The notes under the pieces were generated by a model. It was given only the letters and a program-made list of their open reading frames with translations, had not been told where the DNA came from and ran no database searches. The position numbers and the translations under genes were made by a program. DNA of 64,000 nucleotides from a virus, in IMG/VR virus record IMGVR_UViG_3300001450_010303, positions 1 to 64,000 of that record, one strand, 5' to 3'. Below are positions 1-8,362 of the stretch, piece by piece. Each line of letters begins with the position of its first letter. Position 1 is the stretch's first letter.

Positions 1-1
1 A

Positions 2-259
2 GACTCCAGCGACCGAGAAGGCATCCACGATGCACTAAAGATGGTGCGTATCATGCACACAAAGTATTCGGGGAACGCTACCGCACACAAAGAATCGTTC
101 AGCAAGATTGAGTTTATCAAGATGCTCCGCAAGTTTATGAAGGAATCCATCGAACACCTTGACGATCCCGATTCTGGACAGGTCCGGGATATGACCGACA
201 TGCCAAATCTTCGTAATGCCAAGCGTTTCGCTGACCGCATATTTACGGGGATGCGATGA
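2..259 (+). CDS. hypothetical protein (5'-truncated; frame open upstream of ATG 41)
   Basis: Frame is open from position 2; stop overlaps next ATG (ATGA at 256-259). Confidence 0.6.
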   Translation, partial: DSSDREGIHDALKMVRIMHTKYSGNATAHKESFSKIEFIKMLRKFMKESIEHLDDPDSGQVRDMTDMPNLRNAKRFADRIFTGMR

Positions 260-441
260 AGGTTGGTGATCTGGTGAGAATGAAAACCCATAATACGGGA
301 CTTGTCGGCATTGTGATGGGCAGGTATCCTAAATACACCGATACCGGTCCTATACAGATAGGTATAAAATGGTTTAAGGGGTCAGGTAAGACGGACTGGG
401 AACCCGAATCTTGGTTGGAGGTAGTAAGTGAAAGTCGGTAA
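256..441 (+). CDS. small SH3/KOW-like protein (MKVGDLV family)
   Basis: MKVGDLVR...GIV...IKW...E..LEVVS pattern; translationally coupled to the upstream gene. Confidence 0.75.
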   Translation: MKVGDLVRMKTHNTGLVGIVMGRYPKYTDTGPIQIGIKWFKGSGKTDWEPESWLEVVSESR

Positions 442-607
442 CTTGGTCCGAAGAAATCACTACGGCGCACCGAGCAAAGGCCGCGGCCCAGTCGGCATCA
501 TTATCAGGCGCGCCCTATCACTACCGTCCGAATGGTGGATCGTGGAGTGGGCCGGGGATGGTCGCGAGACTATAAGATCAGAACACCTAAAAGTCGTTAG
601 CTCTTGA
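428..607 (+). CDS. small SH3/KOW-like protein (59 aa, not in ORF track)
   Basis: GTG start; VKVGNLVRR...GIII...VEW...SEHLKVVSS; TGA stop lies in the first TTGACA box of repeat R1. Confidence 0.7.
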   Translation: MKVGNLVRRNHYGAPSKGRGPVGIIIRRALSLPSEWWIVEWAGDGRETIRSEHLKVVSS

Positions 608-674
608 CATTCTCTTGACAACTTAAACCTTGACTTCTACCCTATTCGGTGTTATATTATAGGTATAGAAAGGG
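604..674 (+). promoter_or_regulatory. triple-TTGAC promoter element R1
   Basis: TTGACA 604, TTGACA 615, TTGACT 630, 17 bp spacer, TGn-TATATT 653, RBS GAAAGG. Confidence 0.85.
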
Positions 675-681
675 GCAAAAA

Positions 682-795
682 ATGCTTGAAAAACGAAACG
701 GAATGATGATCGCCACGATCATCGCAGACTTAACTTGCTGGACAGGGCTTATTGCCCTCGGCTTTCACTGGGCAGCATGCCCGCTTGGATGGTAG
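682..795 (+). CDS. small hydrophobic protein (37 aa)
   Basis: ATG directly after R1 and RBS; MLEKRNGMMIATIIADLTCWTGLIALGFHWAACPLGW. Confidence 0.6.
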   Translation: MLEKRNGMMIATIIADLTCWTGLIALGFHWAACPLGW

Positions 796-796
796 A

Positions 797-1156
797 ATGA
801 AAATAGAACTGACAGACAGTGAGATCGAGGTAGTGATGAAGGCTCTTGAACACTTCACCAGAGCCCCACATTCGATCCGCGAGGGTGTGTGCATCGACGA
901 GATCAATGAGATCGCAGATGACATTCGCGAACAGGACTGCCGCCGCGATGATGGATGGGGGATCGATGCTGAGATCAATGCGGAAACGCAGATGTTTAGT
1001 GTTGGTGTAGAGGCCCGCGAGAAGATGAAGGCGACAAGCCAAGCGGCCAGCCGACGTGCGTTAAAGTTTATATCTCCTGGAACACCGAAGAATCGATCCA
1101 AAAATCAGGACGTTGATGTATGGGCTCCACCACCCAATGATCCTGCAAAGTGGTAG
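797..1156 (+). CDS. hypothetical protein
   Basis: ORF 752..1156; ATG 797 follows the preceding stop by 1 nt. Confidence 0.65.
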   Translation: MKIELTDSEIEVVMKALEHFTRAPHSIREGVCIDEINEIADDIREQDCRRDDGWGIDAEINAETQMFSVGVEAREKMKATSQAASRRALKFISPGTPKNRSKNQDVDVWAPPPNDPAKW

Positions 1157-1260
1157 GTGACGAATAATGACGCTTCTAACTGTGCTTTCGATTCTTTGTG
1201 CCCCCGGCTCTGGTAGTGTGTTCGATCCAACCATTGAGCCACTCATAGCCCCACTCACGC

Positions 1261-1339
1261 TTGACATTCCCTTGACAACTTTGCCATTGACAAGGGGCTA
1301 AAAGCGGTTATATTATAGGTATAGAAAGGAAAGAAAACT
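1261..1339 (+). promoter_or_regulatory. triple-TTGAC promoter element R2
   Basis: TTGACA at 1261, 1272, 1287; TATATT 1309; TATAGGTATAGAAAGG. Confidence 0.85.
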
Positions 1340-2209
1340 ATGTCATACAACGGAACCGTTCGCTGCTCTTACTGCTACACTACTGGCCATAACAAGCGCA
1401 AGTGTTCTGACTATACCGCGATGGTGCTGCGCCGCTATAATGATAATCTGGGCTTTGCCGCGCAAGTTGATGAAGCCCGTCCTGACCACTACTTGCAGCA
1501 AGCCGAGCGGTACCGTCTTGTATACATGAAGCGCACCAAGATCGATCCCGCGACAGGCGAGAAGGTGAAGAACAAGACGGCGAAAGCCGAGCGCATGAAG
1601 AAAGTGACTTGCGGTTATTGCTCTCAGCGAGGTCACACCCGCCGAGTGTGTGGGGTTGTCGAGCGTGACAAGCTGGTATTCATCGAGGAATCCCGCCGTG
1701 TTCGTGCTGGTGTGCTTGAAGATGCCCGCGAGACTGGCATCGGTGTGGGTTCAATGATCCCTATCCGCACACGCGGATATAACGCTGATAATGAGTGGGG
1801 GACACACACAACACTCCGCTATGTTAAGAGTGTAGATTGGAACACGGTTACTGCTAACCGCGCAGGGTTGTGGGTATATCATGTTGATGCTCGGAAACTT
1901 GGTGCAGCCAATCAAGGCCGCTGGACCTCTCGCGACAAGATCGTGAGCCTACGGGAAAACTTTAACGAAGCATGTAGCCATGCAGAACTTCAGAACCATT
2001 CTGAGCCAACCGCTTCGCTTATCCCATCGCTCGATCCGGCCGCTGGCTGGCTGGACTGTGAGCCTTCTACTATCGACGTTGCGGCCCACTTCCCGACCAA
2101 GGGTAACAAGTATGAAAAGCAACGCGGCCACAACTATACGTGGCCACGCGGTGTGACGGCAGAAGTGATCCGCGATCTCGGACTTGAAGAACATTATGAA
2201 GTCTCTTGA
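1340..2209 (+). CDS. protein with two CCHC-type zinc-knuckle motifs
   Basis: CSYCYTTGHNKRKC and CGYCSQRGHTRRVC (Cx2Cx4Hx4C). Confidence 0.8.
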   Translation: MSYNGTVRCSYCYTTGHNKRKCSDYTAMVLRRYNDNLGFAAQVDEARPDHYLQQAERYRLVYMKRTKIDPATGEKVKNKTAKAERMKKVTCGYCSQRGHTRRVCGVVERDKLVFIEESRRVRAGVLEDARETGIGVGSMIPIRTRGYNADNEWGTHTTLRYVKSVDWNTVTANRAGLWVYHVDARKLGAANQGRWTSRDKIVSLRENFNEACSHAELQNHSEPTASLIPSLDPAAGWLDCEPSTIDVAAHFPTKGNKYEKQRGHNYTWPRGVTAEVIRDLGLEEHYEVS

Positions 2210-2285
2210 CATTTCCCTGACACCTCTCGCCTTGACTTATGGGCGAGAGCGGTTATATTATAAGGGTAAGAAAGAGAAAGAAAAG
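2206..2285 (+). promoter_or_regulatory. triple-TTGAC promoter element R3
   Basis: TTGACA 2206, CTGACA 2217, TTGACT 2232, TATATT 2254. Confidence 0.8.
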
Positions 2286-2308
2286 TTGTCATCCGATAAC
2301 AAAAACCT

Positions 2309-2412
2309 CTGACATTTACTTGACAACAAAAAACTTGACGTATAGCCCATTTGGTGTTATATTTATAGAGTAAGAACAAAAAGCCACCAACCCTCCCCGG
2401 AGAAAAACCACT
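2309..2412 (+). promoter_or_regulatory. triple-TTGAC promoter element R4
   Basis: CTGACA 2309, TTGACA 2320, TTGACG 2335, TGn-TATATT 2358; GGAG RBS before 2413. Confidence 0.8.
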
Positions 2413-3501
2413 ATGACCATCGATTTCGCAACCTTCCTCGCTGTCGCTCCCCACGTCCTCAACTCGCGCCTTCCGGTGCTGATCCGTGGCAAGCATGGGG
2501 TTGGTAAGTCTCAGATCGTCTATCAGATCGCGGAGAAGCGCAAGCTACCAGTGGTAGAGCGCCGCGCATCGCAGATGACCGAGGGTGATCTTCTTGGTCT
2601 GCCCGACACAGCAGACACACAGATCAATGGTCGCAAAGCTACTACGTGGAACGCCCCTGACTGGCTTGTGACGGCTTGCGAGCAGCCGGTGTGCCTATTC
2701 CTCGATGAAGTGGATCGCGCCACCTTGGAGGTGCGTCAGGGGCTCTTTGAGCTTACTGATAGCCGTAAGCTGAACGGGTGGAACCTCCACCCTGAGACCC
2801 TGATCGTCGCTGCTGTCAATGGTGGCGAGCACGGCGCTCAGTACCAAGTTGGCGAAATGGACCCCGCCGAGCTTGACCGCTGGACCGTGTTCGATGTCGA
2901 GCCTTCTACTGAAGACTGGCTCAAGTGGGCCAATGGTCGGATTCCCTCTATCGTGTGGGACTTCATTAACCATAACCGTGGCCACCTTGAGCATGAAGGT
3001 GACTATGAGCCTAACAAGGTTTATCCTTCACGCCGCTCATGGGATCGCTACTGCCAAACCGCTGAGCCGGCTGGTGTGTTCGGTGAGGAAGGGGATCGCG
3101 ATATGCTGTTCAACCTTGCGACTGCGTTCCTTGGCTTTGAGGCTGCTGTGTCCCTCCGTGACTTCGTTGAGAAGTACGAGTGGCAAGTATCGGTTGAGGA
3201 TATTCTTGACAAGGGCGACTTTTCCAAGACTTCCAAGTGGGGGATCAATGATCACTCCGCGATGATCGAGAAGTTTGATGCCGCTGGTGTGTTCAAGCCT
3301 GACTTGTCCGACGACCAGATCAGCAACCTTGCTGAATACTTCGTTGCTCTGCCTTCCGAGGTAGCTATGAAGCTGTGGAGCGTCTTGGGCGATACCGACA
3401 ACATTAACAACGTGGTATCGCTCCATAAGGCTGAAACAAAGGACGGAGCAAAGGTATCTGAACACTTGGTGGAGATCCTTGGTGGTGGTGATGACCAATG
3501 A
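2413..3501 (+). CDS. MoxR-like AAA+ ATPase
   Basis: Walker A GKHGVGKS, Walker B LFLDE, sensor AAVN, arginine finger DPAELDRW, PSRRSW. Confidence 0.9.
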   Translation: MTIDFATFLAVAPHVLNSRLPVLIRGKHGVGKSQIVYQIAEKRKLPVVERRASQMTEGDLLGLPDTADTQINGRKATTWNAPDWLVTACEQPVCLFLDEVDRATLEVRQGLFELTDSRKLNGWNLHPETLIVAAVNGGEHGAQYQVGEMDPAELDRWTVFDVEPSTEDWLKWANGRIPSIVWDFINHNRGHLEHEGDYEPNKVYPSRRSWDRYCQTAEPAGVFGEEGDRDMLFNLATAFLGFEAAVSLRDFVEKYEWQVSVEDILDKGDFSKTSKWGINDHSAMIEKFDAAGVFKPDLSDDQISNLAEYFVALPSEVAMKLWSVLGDTDNINNVVSLHKAETKDGAKVSEHLVEILGGGDDQ

Positions 3502-3728
3502 GCACTCAAGCCTTCTCACAACGTCGTCGGCCATGCGTCGGTGACGTTGTGAGGCTTAGCGCCCCCGCCAGTATTGGCCGAGCGTATAGGCGCACACACG
3601 GAGCAGGGATCGTCACAAGCATCAGTGACCCGGATGGCCGCCGTCGAGAGTATGAAGTTAAGTGGCTTAAAAGTCGAGAGAGAATGAAGTTTAATGAAGA
3701 AGACCTTATCATCGTCTCGCCTGTCTGA
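3498..3728 (+). CDS. small SH3/KOW-like protein
   Basis: CVGDVVRL...GIV...YEVKW...EEDLIIVS. Confidence 0.7.
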   Translation: MSTQAFSQRRRPCVGDVVRLSAPASIGRAYRRTHGAGIVTSISDPDGRRREYEVKWLKSRERMKFNEEDLIIVSPV

Positions 3729-3732
3729 CAAG

Positions 3733-3936
3733 GTGAGAGTAGGCGACCTGCTGACCATCGAGCGGTATAACAAAACCATACCGGCCTTAGTTCTGGAAGT
3801 TAAAGAGATCAAGTATGCTGTTGGCTATGCTGACAAGGCAAGAAAAGAGTTTAAGGTGCTCGAATCCGGCAAAGAACGATGGTACGCCGACATAGAACTA
3901 TCAGCGATATTCAAGAAACCACAAAGTAGAGAATAA
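3733..3936 (+). CDS. small SH3/KOW-like protein
   Basis: VRVGDLLTI...ALVLEV...FKVL; probable GTG start within ORF 3694..3936. Confidence 0.6.
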   Translation: MRVGDLLTIERYNKTIPALVLEVKEIKYAVGYADKARKEFKVLESGKERWYADIELSAIFKKPQSRE

Positions 3937-3938
3937 AT

Positions 3939-4355
3939 ATGAACCTAACAGCCGCAGCCATCCTATCCTATAGTTTATTGTGTCCAGCCAACAGTGATAC
4001 AATGTTCACATATCCATCGGACAAGTATTCACATTGTGTTAAAACACCCCAGCCGTTCTATAGAATAGGATCCAGGTTTATTCCTGTGCCACTTACCACT
4101 AAGAACAACTTATACCCTGATCGCCCCCATTTTTATGGTAGTGTTACGCGCAATCCGCCTTCGACTCCTTTGTTAATAAATAGGCTTTGGCCGCGTGTCA
4201 CCAAACCTCGAAGAACCAAAAAGACTCCCCGATTTTCAGTATCCTTGGAATGCAATAGACCACCCATGGGCACACCATACTATAATGTTCCGTGTTCTAC
4301 TGGATCGCCAAATAACGCTTTTTCTATAGCACTGACTTGGCGAATAACTCCTTGA
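3939..4355 (+). CDS. hypothetical protein with hydrophobic N-terminus
   Basis: ORF track; stop falls in the first box of R5. Confidence 0.55.
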   Translation: MNLTAAAILSYSLLCPANSDTMFTYPSDKYSHCVKTPQPFYRIGSRFIPVPLTTKNNLYPDRPHFYGSVTRNPPSTPLLINRLWPRVTKPRRTKKTPRFSVSLECNRPPMGTPYYNVPCSTGSPNNAFSIALTWRITP

Positions 4356-4432
4356 CACTCTCTTGACAACTTTCGCCTTGACGATAGCCCTTTTCGGTGC
4401 TATATTATAGGTATAGAAAGGAAAAAACGACT
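4352..4432 (+). promoter_or_regulatory. triple-TTGAC promoter element R5
   Basis: TTGACA 4352, TTGACA 4363, TTGACG 4378, TGn-TATATT 4401. Confidence 0.85.
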
Positions 4433-5746
4433 ATGACCACCAAAACTGACATTCCAGAGTTCGACCAAGAAACTGAGCCAACCGAGATCGCAGAGGACGC
4501 ACCTAAGACCTTTGACCTGAATAAGCATATGGCTCGTTTGCTTATGCGCGAACCATTTTTCGCTGGCCTCTCGCGTCGTATCGACAAACGCTCCAGCTAC
4601 GAAGTGCCGACCGCTGGTGTGCGAGTGAATCCAGTCACGGCCCAGTTTGAGCTACTGTATAATCCTGAGTTTTTTGCTTCTCTCAGCGATACTCACAAGT
4701 TGGGTGTTCTGAAGCATGAGTTTTATCACCTGATCTTAGAGCATGTGACCAACCGTAAGCCGGCTGATGGCCTGAAGCGGATCGATAACATCGCGATGGA
4801 CCTTGCGATCAACAGTCACATCGCCAACGAGTTGCCCAATGAGGCAAACCCTGGCCCGATCATTGTGGTCGATAAGAGTGGAAAGGGTGAGCCGATGAAG
4901 GCTTGCATCCCCGGCGAAGGCAAGCTGTTTGCTGACCTTCCAACCCATAAATCATATGAGTGGTATTTGAACGCTCTTAAAAAGATGGCTGAGGAACAGG
5001 AACAGGAACAGGACGGCGATGGCGAACCCGGTGAAGGCGGGGATCCTTTTGGCGACACCGACAGCTTTGACAGCCATGAAGGTTTCGGTGAGGCCGATGG
5101 TACCACCCAAGAGATCGCTAAGGAGCGTTTGAAGGAAACTCTCAAGAAGGCCGCCGAAGAAGCGGAGAAGGCGCGCAACTGGGGAACCGTATCGTCATCA
5201 ATGAGAAAAGATATTATGGATCGTATCGCCTCAAAAGTTGATTGGCGCAAGGTGCTACGGTACTTCGTTAAAACTTCACAACGCAGCGACAAGCGCAGTA
5301 CTCCGCGCCGCTTGAACAAGCGTTATCCTCGCGTCCATCCCGGCAAGCGCGTCCGTCGTCACGCCAAGATTGCGATCAGTATCGACCAATCTGGATCTGT
5401 GGATGATGCGATGCTTGCCGCCTTTTTCGGTGAGTTAAATAAGTTGGCCGAGATCGCAGAGTTTACCGTGGTACCATTTGATACTGTGGTTGCGGAGGAT
5501 AAGGTTTATGTCTGGAAAAAGGGCAAGACCCAAAAGACCGAGCGCGTGATGTGTGGTGGAACGTGCTTTGATGCTCCCACCAAATATGTCAATGATCGCA
5601 ACTTTGATGGTCATATTGTCTTGACCGATCTCTGCGCTCCCAAGCCGATCCGAAGCCAGTGCCAAAGAATGTGGATGACCACCAAAGCCCACGCAGCCCG
5701 CCCATACTTTTCAACCAACGAACGTATCATAGCTATCGACAGCTAA
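4433..5746 (+). CDS. HExxH metallopeptidase-like plus vWA domain protein (DUF2201-like MoxR partner)
   Basis: HEFYH, NIAMDLAIN, acidic linker, MIDAS IDQSGS, GGT, LTD; ATG 4433 follows the RBS. Confidence 0.85.
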   Translation: MTTKTDIPEFDQETEPTEIAEDAPKTFDLNKHMARLLMREPFFAGLSRRIDKRSSYEVPTAGVRVNPVTAQFELLYNPEFFASLSDTHKLGVLKHEFYHLILEHVTNRKPADGLKRIDNIAMDLAINSHIANELPNEANPGPIIVVDKSGKGEPMKACIPGEGKLFADLPTHKSYEWYLNALKKMAEEQEQEQDGDGEPGEGGDPFGDTDSFDSHEGFGEADGTTQEIAKERLKETLKKAAEEAEKARNWGTVSSSMRKDIMDRIASKVDWRKVLRYFVKTSQRSDKRSTPRRLNKRYPRVHPGKRVRRHAKIAISIDQSGSVDDAMLAAFFGELNKLAEIAEFTVVPFDTVVAEDKVYVWKKGKTQKTERVMCGGTCFDAPTKYVNDRNFDGHIVLTDLCAPKPIRSQCQRMWMTTKAHAARPYFSTNERIIAIDS

Positions 5747-5782
5747 GGTGCGTTAAACTTTCTCGAACACAGGAGAGAAAAC

Positions 5783-6118
5783 ATGCAAGCCCTTAAAATA
5801 TATGGATCCCCACGCACAAACGATAAAGTCATCAAAGCATGGCAGAATGGCGTAAGTGCGCGCAATCACAGGTATTCTTTGACCTCGATCTCGTACCCAA
5901 ATGGAAGTGCAGAGCTATTTAGCTATGACTTAAAGATCGGAGAGCGCACCCCAGCGGGCGTATTTGTCATCGCTGACTTTACCGCACCAGCCAAGGGTTT
6001 TCATTCTATGACTACGTCTCAGCACGTGAATCTCGCTAAATATCAGACGGGCAGCGCGGTGATCATGAATCCGCTGGTGTGGGAGTGTTCGCCAATGAGC
6101 GAGAGCAAGCCCTTTTAG
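5783..6118 (+). CDS. hypothetical protein
   Basis: AGGAG RBS; ORF track. Confidence 0.75.
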   Translation: MQALKIYGSPRTNDKVIKAWQNGVSARNHRYSLTSISYPNGSAELFSYDLKIGERTPAGVFVIADFTAPAKGFHSMTTSQHVNLAKYQTGSAVIMNPLVWECSPMSESKPF

Positions 6119-6321
6119 TGGAAAAGTTCAAGACTGGCGATCTGGTCAAGATCCGCGAGGGAACCCACGCGACTGAGATCCCTGAGCATCGAACCGGCAT
6201 GATCATCGAGCGCGGAGAGGCTTCGGGAAACTACACCGAGTCTTACACCGTTATCTTTCTCGGCACCGACATACACTTAAAGTTCCACGCTATGTTCTTG
6301 GAACACTTTACATCTACCTGA
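6118..6321 (+). CDS. small SH3/KOW-like protein
   Basis: GTG overlapping the previous TAG; FKTGDLVKI...GMII...YTVIF. Confidence 0.7.
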   Translation: MEKFKTGDLVKIREGTHATEIPEHRTGMIIERGEASGNYTESYTVIFLGTDIHLKFHAMFLEHFTST

Positions 6322-6385
6322 CATTTGAAACCTTGACAATAGACCTCAAGCGGTTATATTATAGGTATAGAAAGGAGAAAAATCT
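6307..6385 (+). promoter_or_regulatory. triple-TTGAC promoter element R6
   Basis: TTTACA 6307, CTGACA 6318, TTGACA 6333, TATATT 6355. Confidence 0.8.
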
Positions 6386-6580
6386 ATGCTTACCCTTCCA
6401 CTCATTCGCACCGACGACGATTCTACCCTGACCCCCATTGAGCGTACTGCCGTAGCATGCGAGCAGGTGATCACCGCTTTGCTGATGGCGGCATCAATGG
6501 GCGATCCTCGCCTGAACGACCAAGAGCGCGAGGTTCTAACAACCCTGAGCGTTGCAACCATCGTACCAGCGGAGGCATAA
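6386..6580 (+). CDS. hypothetical protein
   Basis: First gene after R6, AAGGAG RBS. Confidence 0.75.
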   Translation: MLTLPLIRTDDDSTLTPIERTAVACEQVITALLMAASMGDPRLNDQEREVLTTLSVATIVPAEA

Positions 6581-6581
6581 A

Positions 6582-6899
6582 ATGGATTTACCTATCGTTG
6601 TCAGCATGAATCCAATGTTATACACTGATCGATCCGGTCAGAAGTGGGCGGTGTCCGGCCAACATTGGGTTGAAGTGCCTGATACCCTGACTCTCGATCA
6701 GGTTGGCAAGTATATGATCATGGAGCCATATGAAACACCCGCACAAGCGGCTGACGTTGTATCCTATGAGGTTCAAGGCAGCAAGGGGAATACCTACAAT
6801 GTGACCGACAACGGAGGTACGTGGACCTGTACGTGTCCCGGTTTTGGTTGGCGTCGGAAGTGCAAACATGTCGAGGCTCAGAAAAATGAAAGTCGGTGA
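6582..6899 (+). CDS. SWIM zinc-finger protein
   Basis: WTCTCPGFGWRRKCKHV (CxC...CxH); GGAGG RBS. Confidence 0.85.
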   Translation: MDLPIVVSMNPMLYTDRSGQKWAVSGQHWVEVPDTLTLDQVGKYMIMEPYETPAQAADVVSYEVQGSKGNTYNVTDNGGTWTCTCPGFGWRRKCKHVEAQKNESR

Positions 6900-7077
6900 T
6901 CTGGTGACGTATACCTTTCAAGGCAGACGATGGCAGGAAGGTCTATCCGTCGATGTTGGTATAGTTGTCGAAACAGGCAAATGGACAGGCAACGCCGACG
7001 TTAAAGTTTTATGGTCGGGTAACTCCGTAGCAGTTACGCAGAAAGGTGATCATCTCAGACTCTTGACACCCTCTTGA
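6886..7077 (+). CDS. small SH3/KOW-like protein
   Basis: MKVGDLVTY...GIVVE...VKVLW...HLRLL. Confidence 0.75.
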   Translation: MKVGDLVTYTFQGRRWQEGLSVDVGIVVETGKWTGNADVKVLWSGNSVAVTQKGDHLRLLTPS

Positions 7078-7142
7078 CAACTTAAACCTTGACGATCGCC
7101 GCTTTCGGTGCTATATTATAGGTATAGAAAGGAAAGAACACT
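7063..7142 (+). promoter_or_regulatory. triple-TTGAC promoter element R7
   Basis: TTGACA 7063, TTGACA 7074, TTGACG 7089, TGn-TATATT 7112. Confidence 0.85.
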
Positions 7143-7970
7143 ATGACCACTCAAACCCGCATGAACTGGAATGTCGCCTTCACCACCCTGATCGGGAGTG
7201 TTGCGCTTCAAGGCAAGGATCGCACCGTGATCGAAAGCATGCATGCACATTGGTCGCGGGGCAAGTCGATGACTGTTGGCCGTAAGCAGTATTTTCTTGC
7301 CATCCAAGAGCGTACACAACGCACCGCAGTTGCCCTGAAAGAGCGCGCAACCGGTGACGGTGAGACTACCATGGGCAAGCGGCTGTTCGCCCTTCAGGAG
7401 CGTATGGGCGAGGAAGGAACACAGTGGGATCAGGAGTTTGTCGAAAGCGTAGCGGTTCAAGAGGTTCAGGGGAGAACCCTCAGCGCGCGCCAGATTCAGA
7501 TCCTGGAAGGGATCGAAGTTAAGTTTTCCGATGAGTCTCAGAACGCAGCCAAGACCTTTGTTGAAGACTTCGAGAGCAACAAAGATAATATGAGGACCAA
7601 CTTCGAGCGTATGATAGCGTATTACATCGCAAACCCGCCTTACTATCGCAACGCTGTGCGTTCCCAGCTTTCAGATCCACAGTGGATCCCGACCACCGAA
7701 ACCTATAACAAGGTGATGGGCTCCGCGTATACCACAAAGGTGCTGGAAGGCTATACAGCAGCCCCTAAGTACGAAGTTGGCGCGCTGGTCTTTGCAAACT
7801 CCAAGCTGCCCCACAACGCCGCGATGTGGATGCTGAAGGGCGCAATGGTGATGAATACCAGCGGTGCGATCATAAGTGCATGTAAGAACAACAAACTCTA
7901 TACTTTGCTCCCGATCGGCGGCACTACAACGATCCAAGTTGAAGAACGTTATTTGAAGGCGCGCAGATGA
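7143..7970 (+). CDS. hypothetical protein with C-terminal SH3/KOW-like domain
   Basis: C-terminal PKYEVGALVF...YTLL...VEERYLK. Confidence 0.8.
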   Translation: MTTQTRMNWNVAFTTLIGSVALQGKDRTVIESMHAHWSRGKSMTVGRKQYFLAIQERTQRTAVALKERATGDGETTMGKRLFALQERMGEEGTQWDQEFVESVAVQEVQGRTLSARQIQILEGIEVKFSDESQNAAKTFVEDFESNKDNMRTNFERMIAYYIANPPYYRNAVRSQLSDPQWIPTTETYNKVMGSAYTTKVLEGYTAAPKYEVGALVFANSKLPHNAAMWMLKGAMVMNTSGAIISACKNNKLYTLLPIGGTTTIQVEERYLKARR

Positions 7971-8272
7971 TGAAAATATGGGTTGTAAGACAGACGTGTG
8001 CTCATTCCAATGACACTTATCTAAGCACACACATAACAGAAAAGGGCGCACTGATCACAGCTATCGAAGCGGTGCGGGCAGATATGGCTGATGGGCTGGA
8101 CGGTGACGAACTTGAAGATATGCGGCCGGGAATGCCTCACGACTTTGATGAAGATTTGATGAAGTATAGCAGCGATCACCTTCGCGGCATCGTTCAAGAT
8201 TGGTGGGAATATGCGTGGGAGATCGATGAATACCAACAGTATCAGATACACCAAACACAGGTGACAGCATGA
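7967..8272 (+). CDS. hypothetical acidic protein
   Basis: ORF track; ATGA overlap with the upstream gene. Confidence 0.7.
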   Translation: MMKIWVVRQTCAHSNDTYLSTHITEKGALITAIEAVRADMADGLDGDELEDMRPGMPHDFDEDLMKYSSDHLRGIVQDWWEYAWEIDEYQQYQIHQTQVTA

Positions 8273-8282
8273 AAGCAATCGC

Positions 8283-8362
8283 TTGACATTCACTTGACAA
8301 GAAAGGGCTTGCGTTTTGGCGCACCCTGTGGTATAATCTATATATAGAAAGGAGAGAAATCT
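8283..8362 (+). promoter_or_regulatory. triple-TTGAC promoter element R8
   Basis: TTGACA 8283, TTGACA 8294, TTGCGT 8309, TGn-TATAAT 8332. Confidence 0.85.
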
